In this document: piece by piece, positions 29,272 through 39,633 of the stretch
How positions within the stretch are numbered: position 1 is the first letter of the stretch
Layout: each line of letters begins with the position of its first letter
Position numbers and translations under genes: made by a program
Source: an uncultured Candidatus Saccharibacteria bacterium
Lineage (GTDB): Bacteria; Patescibacteriota; Minisyncoccia; Phycocordibacterales; UBA918
Reading direction: 5' to 3'
Assembly (NCBI GenBank): GCA_964350735.1
Contig: CAYGKO010000004.1
Location: 19,583-83,582, forward strand
DNA length: 64,000 bases
Notes under the pieces: model-generated
The model's database searches: none
What the model was told of the DNA's origin: nothing
The model's input: only the letters and a program-made list of their open reading frames with translations

Positions 29272-29955
29272 CTAAATATTGTAAATTACGTCTTTTCGCT
29301 CCACTACGACCTCCCAACCTCGTCGCTCTGCCTGCTCGTATAGCTTCTGATTTGGATTAAAACAAATCGCTCGTTCAACACTTTCAAACATTGGAATGTC
29401 ACCGTCAGTATCACCAACAGCAATCGAACCAGCAAAAGACACTGCTTCCCGATCTAGTACGCGCGCCACAATATTGGCCTTATTTTCGATCAAGTGCACA
29501 TCGGTCATTTCACCCGTAAAGCAATCCTGTGGTCCAATCTCATAGATGCGACCATACACTTTATCAAAACCTTGAGTTTTACAAAATTCGTCGAGGATAG
29601 TTTTTGGAGATTGTGAGATTGCTACTACAAAATAACCTTCTCTTTTTAATTCATGAATCAGATCCCGGGTATACCGATACACATGTTTGCTTTGCTCTCC
29701 CACAACCATTCTGCCCAGATCAGCCAATGTTCCGTAATGAACGCCTCTAATATGAGTAACGTAACAGTTAATTACTGCCCGTATGTACGCATCGTAAGTC
29801 CCCTCCCGATTCCGCCACGCATGATAGGCGTCGCTGTATTCAGCTCGTGACTGCTTTGCAAACACCCCCTCAGACACCAGTTTCTCCACCAGTTCAATTA
29901 ATAAACTGGAGCGAAATACTGTGCCGTCTATGTCAAAAAATGCTACCGGTTTCAT
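29272..29955 (-). CDS. HAD-superfamily subfamily IB hydrolase (phosphoserine-phosphatase-like)
   Basis: The start is taken at MKPVAFFDIDGT (HAD motif I). Motif IV is GDTDGD. Length is 227 aa. Confidence 0.7.
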   Translation of the reverse strand: MKPVAFFDIDGTVFRSSLLIELVEKLVSEGVFAKQSRAEYSDAYHAWRNREGTYDAYIRAVINCYVTHIRGVHYGTLADLGRMVVGEQSKHVYRYTRDLIHELKREGYFVVAISQSPKTILDEFCKTQGFDKVYGRIYEIGPQDCFTGEMTDVHLIENKANIVARVLDREAVSFAGSIAVGDTDGDIPMFESVERAICFNPNQKLYEQAERRGWEVVVERKDVIYNI

Positions 29956-29956
29956 A

Positions 29957-30772
29957 TTATGCAACAGAAATAAATACCGGCTGCAGCTCACGCCAGACTG
30001 CAAGTGGTAGCGTATCTTCAGTGAACATTCCGGGTTCTATCGTACCGACACGAGATATTTTTATAGACTGATCTGGATATACAGCATCCACATACGCCAC
30101 TTCACCAAGTCCATCCTCAGAGATAATTTCAAATATAGAATCGGTTTTTGGCATGACTCCCACATGAACACCCGGTCGACCTTTAAGTAGACGCTGCCAC
30201 GATCCTGCCACTCTGGGGCGTTGTGCTGTCCAAGGAATCTCTACTCCTCGGAGCCTGTGTCGATAGGTTACATATTCAACATCTTGTAGTTCTGTATTCA
30301 TAGCCACAGTATGAAATTCATCATCAATAACCGTCCTGATTGAGATCGTGTCTGAATGCACATCAGTATAGACATCACCAGATTTTAGATTTGGCATCAC
30401 TACACTTCTTTGAGTAACCAAGGCATTTTCATTAACCCAGCCAGTAAGATCACCAGCAGAAACTTTAGCGAACCTGCCTTTGTGTTCATGGTATATAACC
30501 TCAGCTGCATACTGAAATTCATGCTTTACTCCATCAATACTATAGGTGGGAAATAACAAAAGTGGTGTTTCTGGAACTGCGATGTACAGCTTGTCACTGC
30601 CAGCAAATGAAGTCGTAGCCAGAGGATCTTCTTCTAGAGGGATCTTTCGTGCTGCTGACGCAACCGCCGCTGTGTACTCTGTTACTGCTTTTTGACGCTG
30701 ATCTTGCAGTCCAAATTGTTCACTAAAAACAAAGTAGAAAAGATCCTTTCCAACTGCTACTAATGTCTGCAT
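29957..30772 (-). CDS. Hypothetical protein
   Basis: 271 aa ORF that abuts the HAD gene. No motif was recognised. Confidence 0.4.
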   Translation of the reverse strand: MQTLVAVGKDLFYFVFSEQFGLQDQRQKAVTEYTAAVASAARKIPLEEDPLATTSFAGSDKLYIAVPETPLLLFPTYSIDGVKHEFQYAAEVIYHEHKGRFAKVSAGDLTGWVNENALVTQRSVVMPNLKSGDVYTDVHSDTISIRTVIDDEFHTVAMNTELQDVEYVTYRHRLRGVEIPWTAQRPRVAGSWQRLLKGRPGVHVGVMPKTDSIFEIISEDGLGEVAYVDAVYPDQSIKISRVGTIEPGMFTEDTLPLAVWRELQPVFISVA

Positions 30773-30810
30773 AGATCCATAGTACCACTAGGAGCTGCAT
30801 CACGCATGTG

Positions 30811-31905
30811 TTACGACAGTGACTTAAAACCCGACATTACCAAACTTCCAAGTGCGATAGTGAACAGTGCGAGAATCGCCAGCGCTCCAAGAACTGGCAC
30901 ATAGACAAGAGCTTGGACTGCAATAGTTCCAATTATGATCCATACTAGATCAACTCTATACCCTTGCCCGAATACGCGAGCCAGCAATGCTCCAGCATAA
31001 ATATGCATCACCACAAATGCCACAACGTACAACAGTAACGTTCCCAACAAAACTACTAATCCTAGCCAGAATCCTAGCACCGTTAGCATTAGAAGAATGG
31101 TGAGCGGAAGAGAAAGTAATACTACGGCTAAACCAATCAGACCATTTCTTCCGACATGACCTACGGTAGACTGGACTAATGTGTGAAGACGAGCTCTAAA
31201 CAACAAGAACGCACATAATGTGCTAAATAATGCGATAAGAAGCGGGAGCAATACATCTTTAGGAGACATTGTAGGAAGCAGCTCTGGCTGTGTCCTGTTT
31301 ACATTCCCTTGCACGACTGCAGCTTGAGATCTTTGTATTTCACCTTGGCTTTTATACTGAACATTACCAATAATATTTGCTCGCTCTCCAAGTGTAAGCT
31401 GTTGAGTGGTTACATCAACTTCTCCATTCACCACACTATCAATTCGCACCCGTTCAGCAGTACCAACAACAGAACCGGCTACGTCACCAGAAATATCAGC
31501 TTCTCCACCGAAAAAATAGACGTCGCCACCAACGCTTGCAGTCGAGAGAATCTGTAGCGAACCGCCGATCACAAACACATCACCTCCAACAGACTCTGCC
31601 AATATCACTTCTCCGCCTAATACCCGGACGTCATCAGTGACTGAAGCGTGCACATGAGCAGTACCTGAAAAAAGAGTAAGGTCTTCAGTGACAATACCGT
31701 TTATAGTTACACTACCACCCACTGCGTACATATCACCGGCAATTGTACCTGACATTAAAACACTTTCACCAGCTGCATAAAAATCACTTTCAACAATCTG
31801 ATCCTCGGCCACTTGTACCGCATCACCCGTTCGAACAACTGTTTCGGCCTGTGAAAATACTGGCAGTACAATTAGTGCTACAACTAGAAAGATTTTAAAT
31901 TTCAT
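30811..31905 (-). CDS. Secreted/membrane protein with beta-helix-like imperfect repeats (bactofilin/DUF4097-like) and a C-terminal multi-TM region
   Basis: 364 aa with a signal peptide. Repeated short segments such as GDVxxxGGSVxIxG recur in the middle. The C-terminal third is strongly hydrophobic. Confidence 0.4.
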   Translation of the reverse strand: MKFKIFLVVALIVLPVFSQAETVVRTGDAVQVAEDQIVESDFYAAGESVLMSGTIAGDMYAVGGSVTINGIVTEDLTLFSGTAHVHASVTDDVRVLGGEVILAESVGGDVFVIGGSLQILSTASVGGDVYFFGGEADISGDVAGSVVGTAERVRIDSVVNGEVDVTTQQLTLGERANIIGNVQYKSQGEIQRSQAAVVQGNVNRTQPELLPTMSPKDVLLPLLIALFSTLCAFLLFRARLHTLVQSTVGHVGRNGLIGLAVVLLSLPLTILLMLTVLGFWLGLVVLLGTLLLYVVAFVVMHIYAGALLARVFGQGYRVDLVWIIIGTIAVQALVYVPVLGALAILALFTIALGSLVMSGFKSLS

Positions 31906-31907
31906 AT

Positions 31908-32654
31908 TTATACATTTTGATCTTTACGAATAATTGATTCATCTAATTCTGCAATAGTCTGTTTTTCTGCCTCTATCTTCTCTTCTTCTTTTTTGATAGT
32001 TGACTCAGCAATGTGCTGCTTCTCGTATAAATTCATAAGCGAGAACGTAATCATCGCAGCAAAGATAATCCCCGCCAAGTTCATTAGCAGCATCACTGTC
32101 GAGCCGGTAACAATCGCCAGGTTCCAGTCTGCAATTCCCACCCCGATTACCGCAAGCGGTGGAATAAGTGCGACTGAAATAGCAATCCCAGGTAATGTCT
32201 CACTCCACTCAGGCTGTCCAAGCGCAAACGACACTGCTGCACCTGCTGCTACAGCTACCAAAAAGTGCAACAACGATGGTTCGGTCCGACTTAGTACTTC
32301 AAATGTCTCAACCGATCCTTCACTAAAAAGCACCGTCGCAAGAGCTGCCAATCCAATTCCGATAGCAAATGACTTACCTAAAGTAAAGATCGAACGTCCA
32401 ATCACTTCTGGATTCGACATCACCAGCCCTAAAGCGACACCAAGAATCGGATACAGTACTGGAGCGATCAGCATACTTCCAATCACAATGGACGCACTAT
32501 CCAGCAGCAGACCGAGTGTGGCCATAAGTACTGCCAGACTAGTAATATAAAAGAAATCAAAGTTTGGAGTACTAGACTGCATTAGTTTACGCACTACAGC
32601 AGCCTTATCTTTATCTTCCATCGCACGAAAGTGGGCAAAAATCGACATATCCAA
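31908..32654 (-). CDS. DUF389/TIGR00341-like hydrophobic domain membrane protein
   Basis: 248 aa. The N-terminal TM block IVIGSMLIAPVLYPILGVALGLVM is typical of DUF389. The C-terminus has a charged coiled region. Confidence 0.5.
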   Translation of the reverse strand: MDMSIFAHFRAMEDKDKAAVVRKLMQSSTPNFDFFYITSLAVLMATLGLLLDSASIVIGSMLIAPVLYPILGVALGLVMSNPEVIGRSIFTLGKSFAIGIGLAALATVLFSEGSVETFEVLSRTEPSLLHFLVAVAAGAAVSFALGQPEWSETLPGIAISVALIPPLAVIGVGIADWNLAIVTGSTVMLLMNLAGIIFAAMITFSLMNLYEKQHIAESTIKKEEEKIEAEKQTIAELDESIIRKDQNV

Positions 32655-32704
32655 ATCTTATTAGTTAATAGGTACAGTATAACAAAATACTGCTATTTTT
32701 ATAG

Positions 32705-33172
32705 CTATTCTAAGCATCCAAACAGAGCGAGACCTTCGGCAAAGCCTGGCGTTGCACCATTTTTAAATTCAGTTAGCCGTTCGGTTCCCACTTGCTCCTC
32801 AGCGCACATAATCATAGTGGGCGTAATTTCAAAGGTATTTACATCAATACCAAAGGTCTCAGCTGCTCTAATTTGAGATTCGGAAAGCTGTAAATCTCGC
32901 AAAAATATACTTTGTGGTGCTGATTCAGTAAATATACGCTCATCTAGCGTATCTTGATTCTGCATTCGTGGCGCAGCCCCTGCTTCGGCGGAATTAGGTG
33001 TCGTCTCCTTCGGGACTGAATTAGTCTCTGGAAACGCTGTTGGAATTGCCACATTACTAGCTTTAGAAGCTTTTTTTTCTGCCAGCGCACCTTGGACTAA
33101 AAACCAAACTGCTAGGGTTACTAATATAGCCCCTAGCAACATTATGATTCCTACGATAACTTGTTTTTTCAT
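32705..33172 (-). CDS. Hypothetical secreted or anchored protein
   Basis: 155 aa with an N-terminal TM or signal segment (VIVGIIMLLGAILVTLAVWFLV). Confidence 0.35.
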   Translation of the reverse strand: MKKQVIVGIIMLLGAILVTLAVWFLVQGALAEKKASKASNVAIPTAFPETNSVPKETTPNSAEAGAAPRMQNQDTLDERIFTESAPQSIFLRDLQLSESQIRAAETFGIDVNTFEITPTMIMCAEEQVGTERLTEFKNGATPGFAEGLALFGCLE

Positions 33173-33352
33173 ATATCAATTTATATTTTATATGTTACGG
33201 GCGCTTGTAGAAAGCTGACAATCAGCAATCCTAATACGATCATAAAAAGACCAACCGCAAATACCGTAACTCGTGGGCGTGACAATTCTTGCTCACCAGT
33301 GTGCCAATCGCGAATGTATAAGAAACTAAAAATAAATCTAAATGGGTCCATA

Positions 33353-33655
33353 TTAACCAAGCTTTTTGTATAGTGTACCAGTGAGTACCAAAACACCAAG
33401 ACCAAGCAGTAAAATAAGTAGTGGATTTCTATCCAAAAAACTAACTTGTCCTATAATGCGTTCGAATCCAAAAAAGGTAGCGGCCACTCCAAACGTGACT
33501 GCTACTAAAAAAATACTAGGATACCGCTTAGAAAACGAAGCACGATATGGCCGTACAATCTGATCTGTAGTTTTTGCTACGGCGTCAGCAACTGACTCAA
33601 CTGTCTCGATTGTTTCTAGTACCGGGTCTTTAGGTATAGTGGACGGTTTTTTCAT
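33353..33655 (-). CDS. Small hypothetical membrane protein
   Basis: 100 aa with two hydrophobic helices. A second small ORF overlaps its 3' end at 33181-33405. Confidence 0.3.
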   Translation of the reverse strand: MKKPSTIPKDPVLETIETVESVADAVAKTTDQIVRPYRASFSKRYPSIFLVAVTFGVAATFFGFERIIGQVSFLDRNPLLILLLGLGVLVLTGTLYKKLG

Positions 33656-33658
33656 ATA

Positions 33659-34681
33659 CTATTCTGAAAATATTTCTAATCCCCGCTCCCACATTTCTGG
33701 ATGCCCCTTATCTTGCAACCAGTACCACCACTCTGCTCCCCAGAGATATTGTTTTTCGAAACGAGTTTTCTCAGCGTATTCTAAAATATCATTTAATTTA
33801 TCGATATCCATTCGTGAGTACTGAGTCTCAATATCTACATTAACAATTGGTTCTAACAACCAGGGTTCGGCTGATAACTCAATCAACATTGATTCCTGCT
33901 CTCCATACAAAAGACTCATGACACTTGTCTTCACTCGATAGAACCATGGCGGGAGAACTGTTCTGAACTGTCCTAGTTCTGGATTCCAGAAATGTACATA
34001 GACACTGGTTCCAAACGCGTCACCGTTTTTCCACGGACCAGCCCACAAGCCAAGGTTGCCGCTGTCTGTTACGAGAATTGGTCTTGTGGGGTCAAGCGAC
34101 TTCACTAACGCAACCTCTTCTTCTAGAAATACTTCGTCAAAATCTCCACAGTGTTCATATGCAAACACGGTAAGATACGGCTCATTTTCTACCTGCCAAT
34201 ACGTGATCGCGGGGCTATCTTTATAACGATTTACAATCAATTCAATGTACTCACGTACTTCTGCTTTTTGAGTTTCCCAAGAATCTTCTTTAGCCCACCC
34301 GGGCACGTGACATTCTGGCCACCGGGGTAAACGTCTACCGACAGCAAACACTACCTCAGCACCCACCTCTTCAGCTCGTTCAATTTGATAGTCTAATTCA
34401 CTGAAGTTGTAAGCGTCCCGTTTCGGTTCAACCATCGGCCAATGGGCTGCTAGGCGTAAATGGCGCACATTTAGTTCATCAAGAATAGCATCGTAGGTCT
34501 CCTTCCAATCTAACCCCAGCTCTCGGGCATAGGGTGTGTTAAATGACATGCCATATTGAATCTTTTCTGGTACCTCTCTATCAGCTAAAACACAAACAAC
34601 ACCGGCGAATACTGCAGATAGTAAGAAAACAACAAATGCTACTTTTTTCCACAGTGACTTTTTTAAAAGTGAGTGGATCAT
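33659..34681 (-). CDS. Glycoside hydrolase, clan GH-A (GH5/GH35/GH42-like)
   Basis: 340 aa with an N-terminal TM. It has WPMVEPKRDAYNFSELD and the acid/base motif WQVENEP characteristic of clan GH-A TIM-barrel glycosidases. Confidence 0.6.
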   Translation of the reverse strand: MIHSLLKKSLWKKVAFVVFLLSAVFAGVVCVLADREVPEKIQYGMSFNTPYARELGLDWKETYDAILDELNVRHLRLAAHWPMVEPKRDAYNFSELDYQIERAEEVGAEVVFAVGRRLPRWPECHVPGWAKEDSWETQKAEVREYIELIVNRYKDSPAITYWQVENEPYLTVFAYEHCGDFDEVFLEEEVALVKSLDPTRPILVTDSGNLGLWAGPWKNGDAFGTSVYVHFWNPELGQFRTVLPPWFYRVKTSVMSLLYGEQESMLIELSAEPWLLEPIVNVDIETQYSRMDIDKLNDILEYAEKTRFEKQYLWGAEWWYWLQDKGHPEMWERGLEIFSE

Positions 34682-35610
34682 GTAAATAAGACGAGGAAAC
34701 CTAATGAGATGATTGCTACATACGCCACCTTCCGCATAATTGTCTGGAAATCAAACTCATTTTCGCCAGCAGATTCTGGGATAAGACGGCCAATAACCAA
34801 ACTCAAGAGAATAATGAATACAAACTTTAACCCATCGAGCGCTTGAACCACCGCCACATCACCCCAGTCAGTTGCCTTGAGTAACATAAATGCAGCGACA
34901 CCAGCCAAGATTTTTGTTGCGAGTACAATAACGCCAGTTTTTTTGCTTGTGGTCTTGGTTTGAGCTCGGATCTTTTCTAAGTATGCCGGCACCAGAAGCA
35001 ACGAGAGTGCAAACAGCACAAATGCGACGCGCGACCAAAAGAAACCATCGTCAAAACTAGTTTCTTGAAACAACCCCTTCATCGCAATAAAGTGCAGGGC
35101 GAAGAAGAGACCAGCGTGTACCGCATGTAATGCTACGCTACCAGAAAAGCGCATCTGTGAAACTAACATGGTGCCAAAAGCTAGAATGAGAATCCCGGCA
35201 ATGAAATTATGGGTCAGCTGTGCATCTAAGAAAAGGTACGACATACCAAACGTAGAAATCGCTGAAACAGCTCCAATCACGGGAATAACATCTGAAGCAT
35301 CAGAATGCTTAAGACCATCATACATAGACACCAGAGCCATAAAGAACGTGTAAGCGGCCAAGAAAGACATACCTACGACTTGAATAGTTGGTACGGCAAC
35401 ATTGCTCAACTGAGGAAATCCAATTGAGGCCAGACCTGGAATAAATCCAACTGCATATACAGCAATCCAACCACCTGTCACCAGACATGAGTAAAAAGCA
35501 TACACGAAGGGTCGTGGCAATGCTTTCTCGTCCGTCACAATATATTTATCTAGAATCGCAACGATTGCATTCAAGAATTGTCCGGCCGTAGCCAGTAGAA
35601 TCCAGGCCAT
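34678..35610 (-). CDS. EamA/DMT-superfamily transporter
   Basis: 310 aa with about 10 TM helices in a duplicated 5+5 arrangement. It overlaps the start of the downstream GH gene by 4 bp. Confidence 0.55.
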   Translation of the reverse strand: MAWILLATAGQFLNAIVAILDKYIVTDEKALPRPFVYAFYSCLVTGGWIAVYAVGFIPGLASIGFPQLSNVAVPTIQVVGMSFLAAYTFFMALVSMYDGLKHSDASDVIPVIGAVSAISTFGMSYLFLDAQLTHNFIAGILILAFGTMLVSQMRFSGSVALHAVHAGLFFALHFIAMKGLFQETSFDDGFFWSRVAFVLFALSLLLVPAYLEKIRAQTKTTSKKTGVIVLATKILAGVAAFMLLKATDWGDVAVVQALDGLKFVFIILLSLVIGRLIPESAGENEFDFQTIMRKVAYVAIISLGFLVLFT

Positions 35611-35686
35611 AGATACGTTGTACGACGTATTACTTACAGTATGACACTAAATGAGCCTGAAAATAGACCCAGCTGTGAAAAACAAG

Positions 35687-36910
35687 CTAAATATCAATCT
35701 GATTATTTTGAATAATTTTTTTATATTCTAGAGCTGAAGAACGAACTTTGCGCTCTAAAGTGGCATAGTCAATTTTAATCAAGCCAAACCGCTTTGTTAC
35801 TCCCAAAGCCCATTCGTAGTTATCCATGAGTGACCAATACATATGCCCCCGCACATCAACTCCAGCCTCCATGGCACGAGCCATTCCCGTTACTTGCACC
35901 TGGATATATTGTGCGCGCAAATCATCATCCCAGTCAGCCAAACCAGCCTCAGAGACAAATATCGGCTTCTGATACTTCTTTAAGATCATAAGCGCCCCGT
36001 AGATACCGCTTGGATATACCTTCCAATCCATGTCGGTACGTAGATAATTTTTTTTATCACCGAATTTTGTATGCCGATAATAATTCAACCCAATCGAATC
36101 AAGATGATCATCAATCTTATTTAAAAACTGTATAGTCTGGAAGTACACCATCACACGGGCGTATAGTTTGTGGCGCCATTTTTGATCTGCTTCAAAAAAG
36201 TGCACATGCTTCACGATACTCACATCTACTTCAGGTTTTACCTGCTTAATACTTTCATACGCTGCGTTATGAGCAGTAGTCAAATGCTTCGCCACTGCAA
36301 AGTACGTGAAGAAATGCCAAAATCGAGCTTTTGCGCCAGTACGCTCAGAAGTTCCGTCTTCCTTGCCAATCTTTTTCCATCCAATCTTTGCTCGCTTAAA
36401 TGGTGGCCACGCCCCGTATAAATACCCGTGAGTTGCATACACATTTGGCTCGTTCATCGTAGTGTAGTCAACACACAAGTCACCGAACTCACCCACGACA
36501 AACGCGCAATAGCGCGCAAAAATATCAGCCGCGTCAGATCGCTCAAAACCACCTGACTCTGTAAACCAGATCGGGAGAGTGAAATGCCACAACGTCACAA
36601 ACGGACGAATGTTTCGCTTTTTTAATGCCCTAAGCACCTCACGATAGTGCTCAATTTCTGTTTGATTAAACTCCCCTTCTCGCGGCTCTATTCTAGACCA
36701 CTCAACTCCAAACCGGTGCGCATTATGTCCAAGTTCTTTCGCCAAATCAAAATCTTCCTCATACCGGTGATAATGGTCTGCTAATCGTCCTGCCGTGGGG
36801 ACTCTTCTCTCTTTTGCGGCCTTGGCCCAATCACAGTTCTCATTCCAGCCTTCAACCTGATATGAAGCTGTGGCGGCTCCCCAATAAAAATCTTCTGGAA
36901 ACTTGAACAT
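35687..36910 (-). CDS. Glycoside hydrolase family 1 (beta-glucosidase-like)
   Basis: 407 aa with the GH1 N-terminal signature FPEDFYWGAATASYQVEG, the acid/base TMNEP and a C-terminal region typical of GH1. Confidence 0.85.
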   Translation of the reverse strand: MFKFPEDFYWGAATASYQVEGWNENCDWAKAAKERRVPTAGRLADHYHRYEEDFDLAKELGHNAHRFGVEWSRIEPREGEFNQTEIEHYREVLRALKKRNIRPFVTLWHFTLPIWFTESGGFERSDAADIFARYCAFVVGEFGDLCVDYTTMNEPNVYATHGYLYGAWPPFKRAKIGWKKIGKEDGTSERTGAKARFWHFFTYFAVAKHLTTAHNAAYESIKQVKPEVDVSIVKHVHFFEADQKWRHKLYARVMVYFQTIQFLNKIDDHLDSIGLNYYRHTKFGDKKNYLRTDMDWKVYPSGIYGALMILKKYQKPIFVSEAGLADWDDDLRAQYIQVQVTGMARAMEAGVDVRGHMYWSLMDNYEWALGVTKRFGLIKIDYATLERKVRSSALEYKKIIQNNQIDI

Positions 36911-36913
36911 AGG

Positions 36914-38089
36914 TTAATCCAGTTTTGCGAGTTTAGTATCACTGATTCCGTATGTTTTACGAGATGCCCATAATTTCATTACTCTATTAACTCCATACCC
37001 AACACCCGCCAACAAAAAGAAGTATACGAAACCAAAGGCTGTGAATGATGGTAGAGAGTCCTCACCAAATAATCCGATCAGAGTTGCACCCACGCCCATT
37101 GAAGTTACGACCGTGAGGTTTTTAACTGAATTGCTAGTTGACTTGGCTTGTAGATCACCAAATAACTGTGCTGCAGATGAAACGTACTTCTGAGTAAGGT
37201 CCCAGATGTCTTGCATGTACGAAAGAGTATCTTCAAGCGTCTCATGCTTATATCCGAGTATTTTCTCAAAATCTTTTAGTCGTCTGTCTTTTTCTGCGAT
37301 CGAGCCGCGAGTACTTAAGTACGTACCCATCTGATTGATACGGGTTCCGATAAAATCAATGGTTTTAGCATACTCGTCAACCTGTTTTTTAAAATCAGGA
37401 ATCTCATTCCCCTTCATAGACCCTCGTTCTTTGACCTCAGCAATCTGTTCCCATATTGTCCGGTGCAAGTTGAGATAGCGGTGCATCTGTCCACGGAACT
37501 CACGCAAAAAGATCTGTTCTTCAATAAAGCGCTGTACCTGATCATCAGTCACCCCACGTTGATTGATAATATACAGTTTGTCACCCCTAAATATCTGATA
37601 GGCGTCATGCTCTACTGCAAAATATTGAGCTTGATCAAATTCACTGAAGAGCGTGTCAACCTCGGACTGATGGGCGTCACTCACCGACACAAAGTACGGA
37701 TACACTGTCTTGATATTTGCTAATTCTTTTGGTACTGGAGCTCCGAGACTAAAAATGTAGCTGAATGCTGGTGACAGCTTTTCTTCATAATATGAAGTTA
37801 ATTTTGAAATATCAGCCTGCAGGTCATGACTATGCTCTGTTGCCAATACAATCAGGCCATCTTCATACATCCGCACCGTAATACCATCTTCGGTCTGCAG
37901 TCTAATATATTCAAGTACATCAACCGTCAGATCCAGGTCTATGATATGTAAATCTGCACGCAGCGCAGTTAGTTTTCCCTGATCGAGTGGTAGTGGTGAT
38001 TCCGCCTCCCGCAAAAAATCATAAATTTCTCCCAAGTGAAGTCGAGTGCGTTGAAACCAACCTCCAACATGTACACGTTTAATTTCCAT
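36914..38089 (-). CDS. Hypothetical protein with two C-terminal TM helices
   Basis: 391 aa. The large N-terminal soluble domain and C-terminal TM pair give a CorA-like topology, but there is no GMN motif. Confidence 0.4.
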   Translation of the reverse strand: MEIKRVHVGGWFQRTRLHLGEIYDFLREAESPLPLDQGKLTALRADLHIIDLDLTVDVLEYIRLQTEDGITVRMYEDGLIVLATEHSHDLQADISKLTSYYEEKLSPAFSYIFSLGAPVPKELANIKTVYPYFVSVSDAHQSEVDTLFSEFDQAQYFAVEHDAYQIFRGDKLYIINQRGVTDDQVQRFIEEQIFLREFRGQMHRYLNLHRTIWEQIAEVKERGSMKGNEIPDFKKQVDEYAKTIDFIGTRINQMGTYLSTRGSIAEKDRRLKDFEKILGYKHETLEDTLSYMQDIWDLTQKYVSSAAQLFGDLQAKSTSNSVKNLTVVTSMGVGATLIGLFGEDSLPSFTAFGFVYFFLLAGVGYGVNRVMKLWASRKTYGISDTKLAKLD

Positions 38090-38139
38090 TACCGTTTATT
38101 GTAGCTAAATTATTAGGAAAAATGGTATAAGTAATACAC

Positions 38140-38916
38140 ATGAATAAAAACTGCCCAGACACAGCGATCGTTGTACGCTGCCGAAACGAAGAACGCTGGA
38201 TCGGTGAAACATTAGAGCGGCTGAAAAAACAAACGTATCAAAATTTTGAAATTATAGTTGTCGACTCAGGTTCAACAGACAAAACTTTGGAGATTGTAAA
38301 AGAATTCGACGTAACCCTTGTAGAAATAAAACCTGAAGAATTTACGTATCCCTACGCTATCAACGTTGGAATTACAGCTAGTACAGCCTCCGACTTCTAC
38401 GTCATTTTATCAGCCCACTCCTTACCAATTGGTGAAACGTGGCTCGCCAGTGCTATAAGAAATATTAAGCGGGATCCGCAAGCTCTTGGCGTATACGGGC
38501 CATTACTCGCTATGCCTGACGGCAGTCTAACTGACAAACTATTTCACAATACAGGCTACTGGCTCAGTAAGAAAAAAATGTTGCCCAGTACATCATGCAA
38601 AATCACTGTCATGAAAGGTGGCGTCATGGGCTTTACCAATGCCCTCATCCGAAAAGACCTTTATGAGCAGTACCCCATCGATGAAGCCTATGCGGGCGGT
38701 GGTGAAGATCATGTCTGGACTGAATACTGGATTAACCAAGGCTACCATGCCATCAAAGATCTCAACTTTGCAGTGCATCATTCACATTACCTAGGACCCA
38801 TCGGGTGGTATAAGCAGTGGCGGCATTGGAAATCTAACGCTACACCACAACCCTTTGTGCATATGCGGTACCGCAAGGATGCTGCTCACGCGCCCATCAA
38901 TACCCTCTCTCAGTAA
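38140..38916 (+). CDS. Glycosyltransferase family 2
   Basis: 258 aa with the GT2 N-terminal fold signature AIVVRCRNEERWIGETLERLKKQTYQNFEIIVVDSGSTD. Confidence 0.75.
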   Translation: MNKNCPDTAIVVRCRNEERWIGETLERLKKQTYQNFEIIVVDSGSTDKTLEIVKEFDVTLVEIKPEEFTYPYAINVGITASTASDFYVILSAHSLPIGETWLASAIRNIKRDPQALGVYGPLLAMPDGSLTDKLFHNTGYWLSKKKMLPSTSCKITVMKGGVMGFTNALIRKDLYEQYPIDEAYAGGGEDHVWTEYWINQGYHAIKDLNFAVHHSHYLGPIGWYKQWRHWKSNATPQPFVHMRYRKDAAHAPINTLSQ

Positions 38917-39625
38917 AGCTCTTCGGGGCTAAATACTTCAGCCACTTTTGATATAACTCGGTCGTTGCGATAACATCGCGCGCATTGTACGTAGCGATGT
39001 CGCGGAACTGTTTGCTTGCAAACAGTTCCGCGACATCATCCCCAGCCACACCGGCTGCTTTCGGACTCTCAATATCATACGCTCGACAAAACATATGTAA
39101 ATTTGGCCGTCGGTGCATCGCCCCATAAAACGTCAGCTGATCTTGAAGATCAATATGAAACGTCGTTTTTTGCTGATTGAGATATCGTCCTTCCATCAAG
39201 TCTTTAGTTGGGACAACGCCGCAGACCACTGAACGATGTAACAAGAATGGAACGTCAAAGCAGCGACCATTAAACGTCACAAAAGTGTCATAACTTTTTG
39301 CTCCTTCCCAGAAATCTCTCAACATCTCTGATTCACTGCGCTGCCTTAAAACATACCCATCAACTTCTTCGTCTGTCTCGTCACCGTTTCCTATGTAATA
39401 CACGGCACCCAGTCCCCGCTCTAGGTCGTACACTGCTATAGACACCACTGATCCTGTGAGTGGCGAGAAGCCTAGCCCATTTTGTAAATCTTCTAAAAGA
39501 ACAACGTGTTCCTCTTCGCTTTTAGCAGTTTTATCAATCCATCTGGTGAGAGAGTCTTGCGTCACTTCATCAAGTGCACCCCAGTCTTCACCTACTGTCT
39601 CAATATCAAAAATGAGGGTGGGCAT
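38897..39625 (-). CDS. RNase H-like DEDDy 3'-5' exonuclease (PolB-exonuclease-like/YprB-like)
   Basis: 242 aa. Exo I is LIFDIETVGEDW, Exo II is RCFDVPFL and Exo III is YNARDVIATTELY. Confidence 0.6.
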   Translation of the reverse strand: MPTLIFDIETVGEDWGALDEVTQDSLTRWIDKTAKSEEEHVVLLEDLQNGLGFSPLTGSVVSIAVYDLERGLGAVYYIGNGDETDEEVDGYVLRQRSESEMLRDFWEGAKSYDTFVTFNGRCFDVPFLLHRSVVCGVVPTKDLMEGRYLNQQKTTFHIDLQDQLTFYGAMHRRPNLHMFCRAYDIESPKAAGVAGDDVAELFASKQFRDIATYNARDVIATTELYQKWLKYLAPKSFTERGY

Positions 39626-39633
39626 ACTAGTGA

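Noticed and set aside
31993-32550. 185-aa plus-strand ORF within the DUF389 membrane protein gene
   Set aside because: This is an antisense frame of a hydrophobic-protein gene. Such frames are commonly open, and it has no RBS or motif support.
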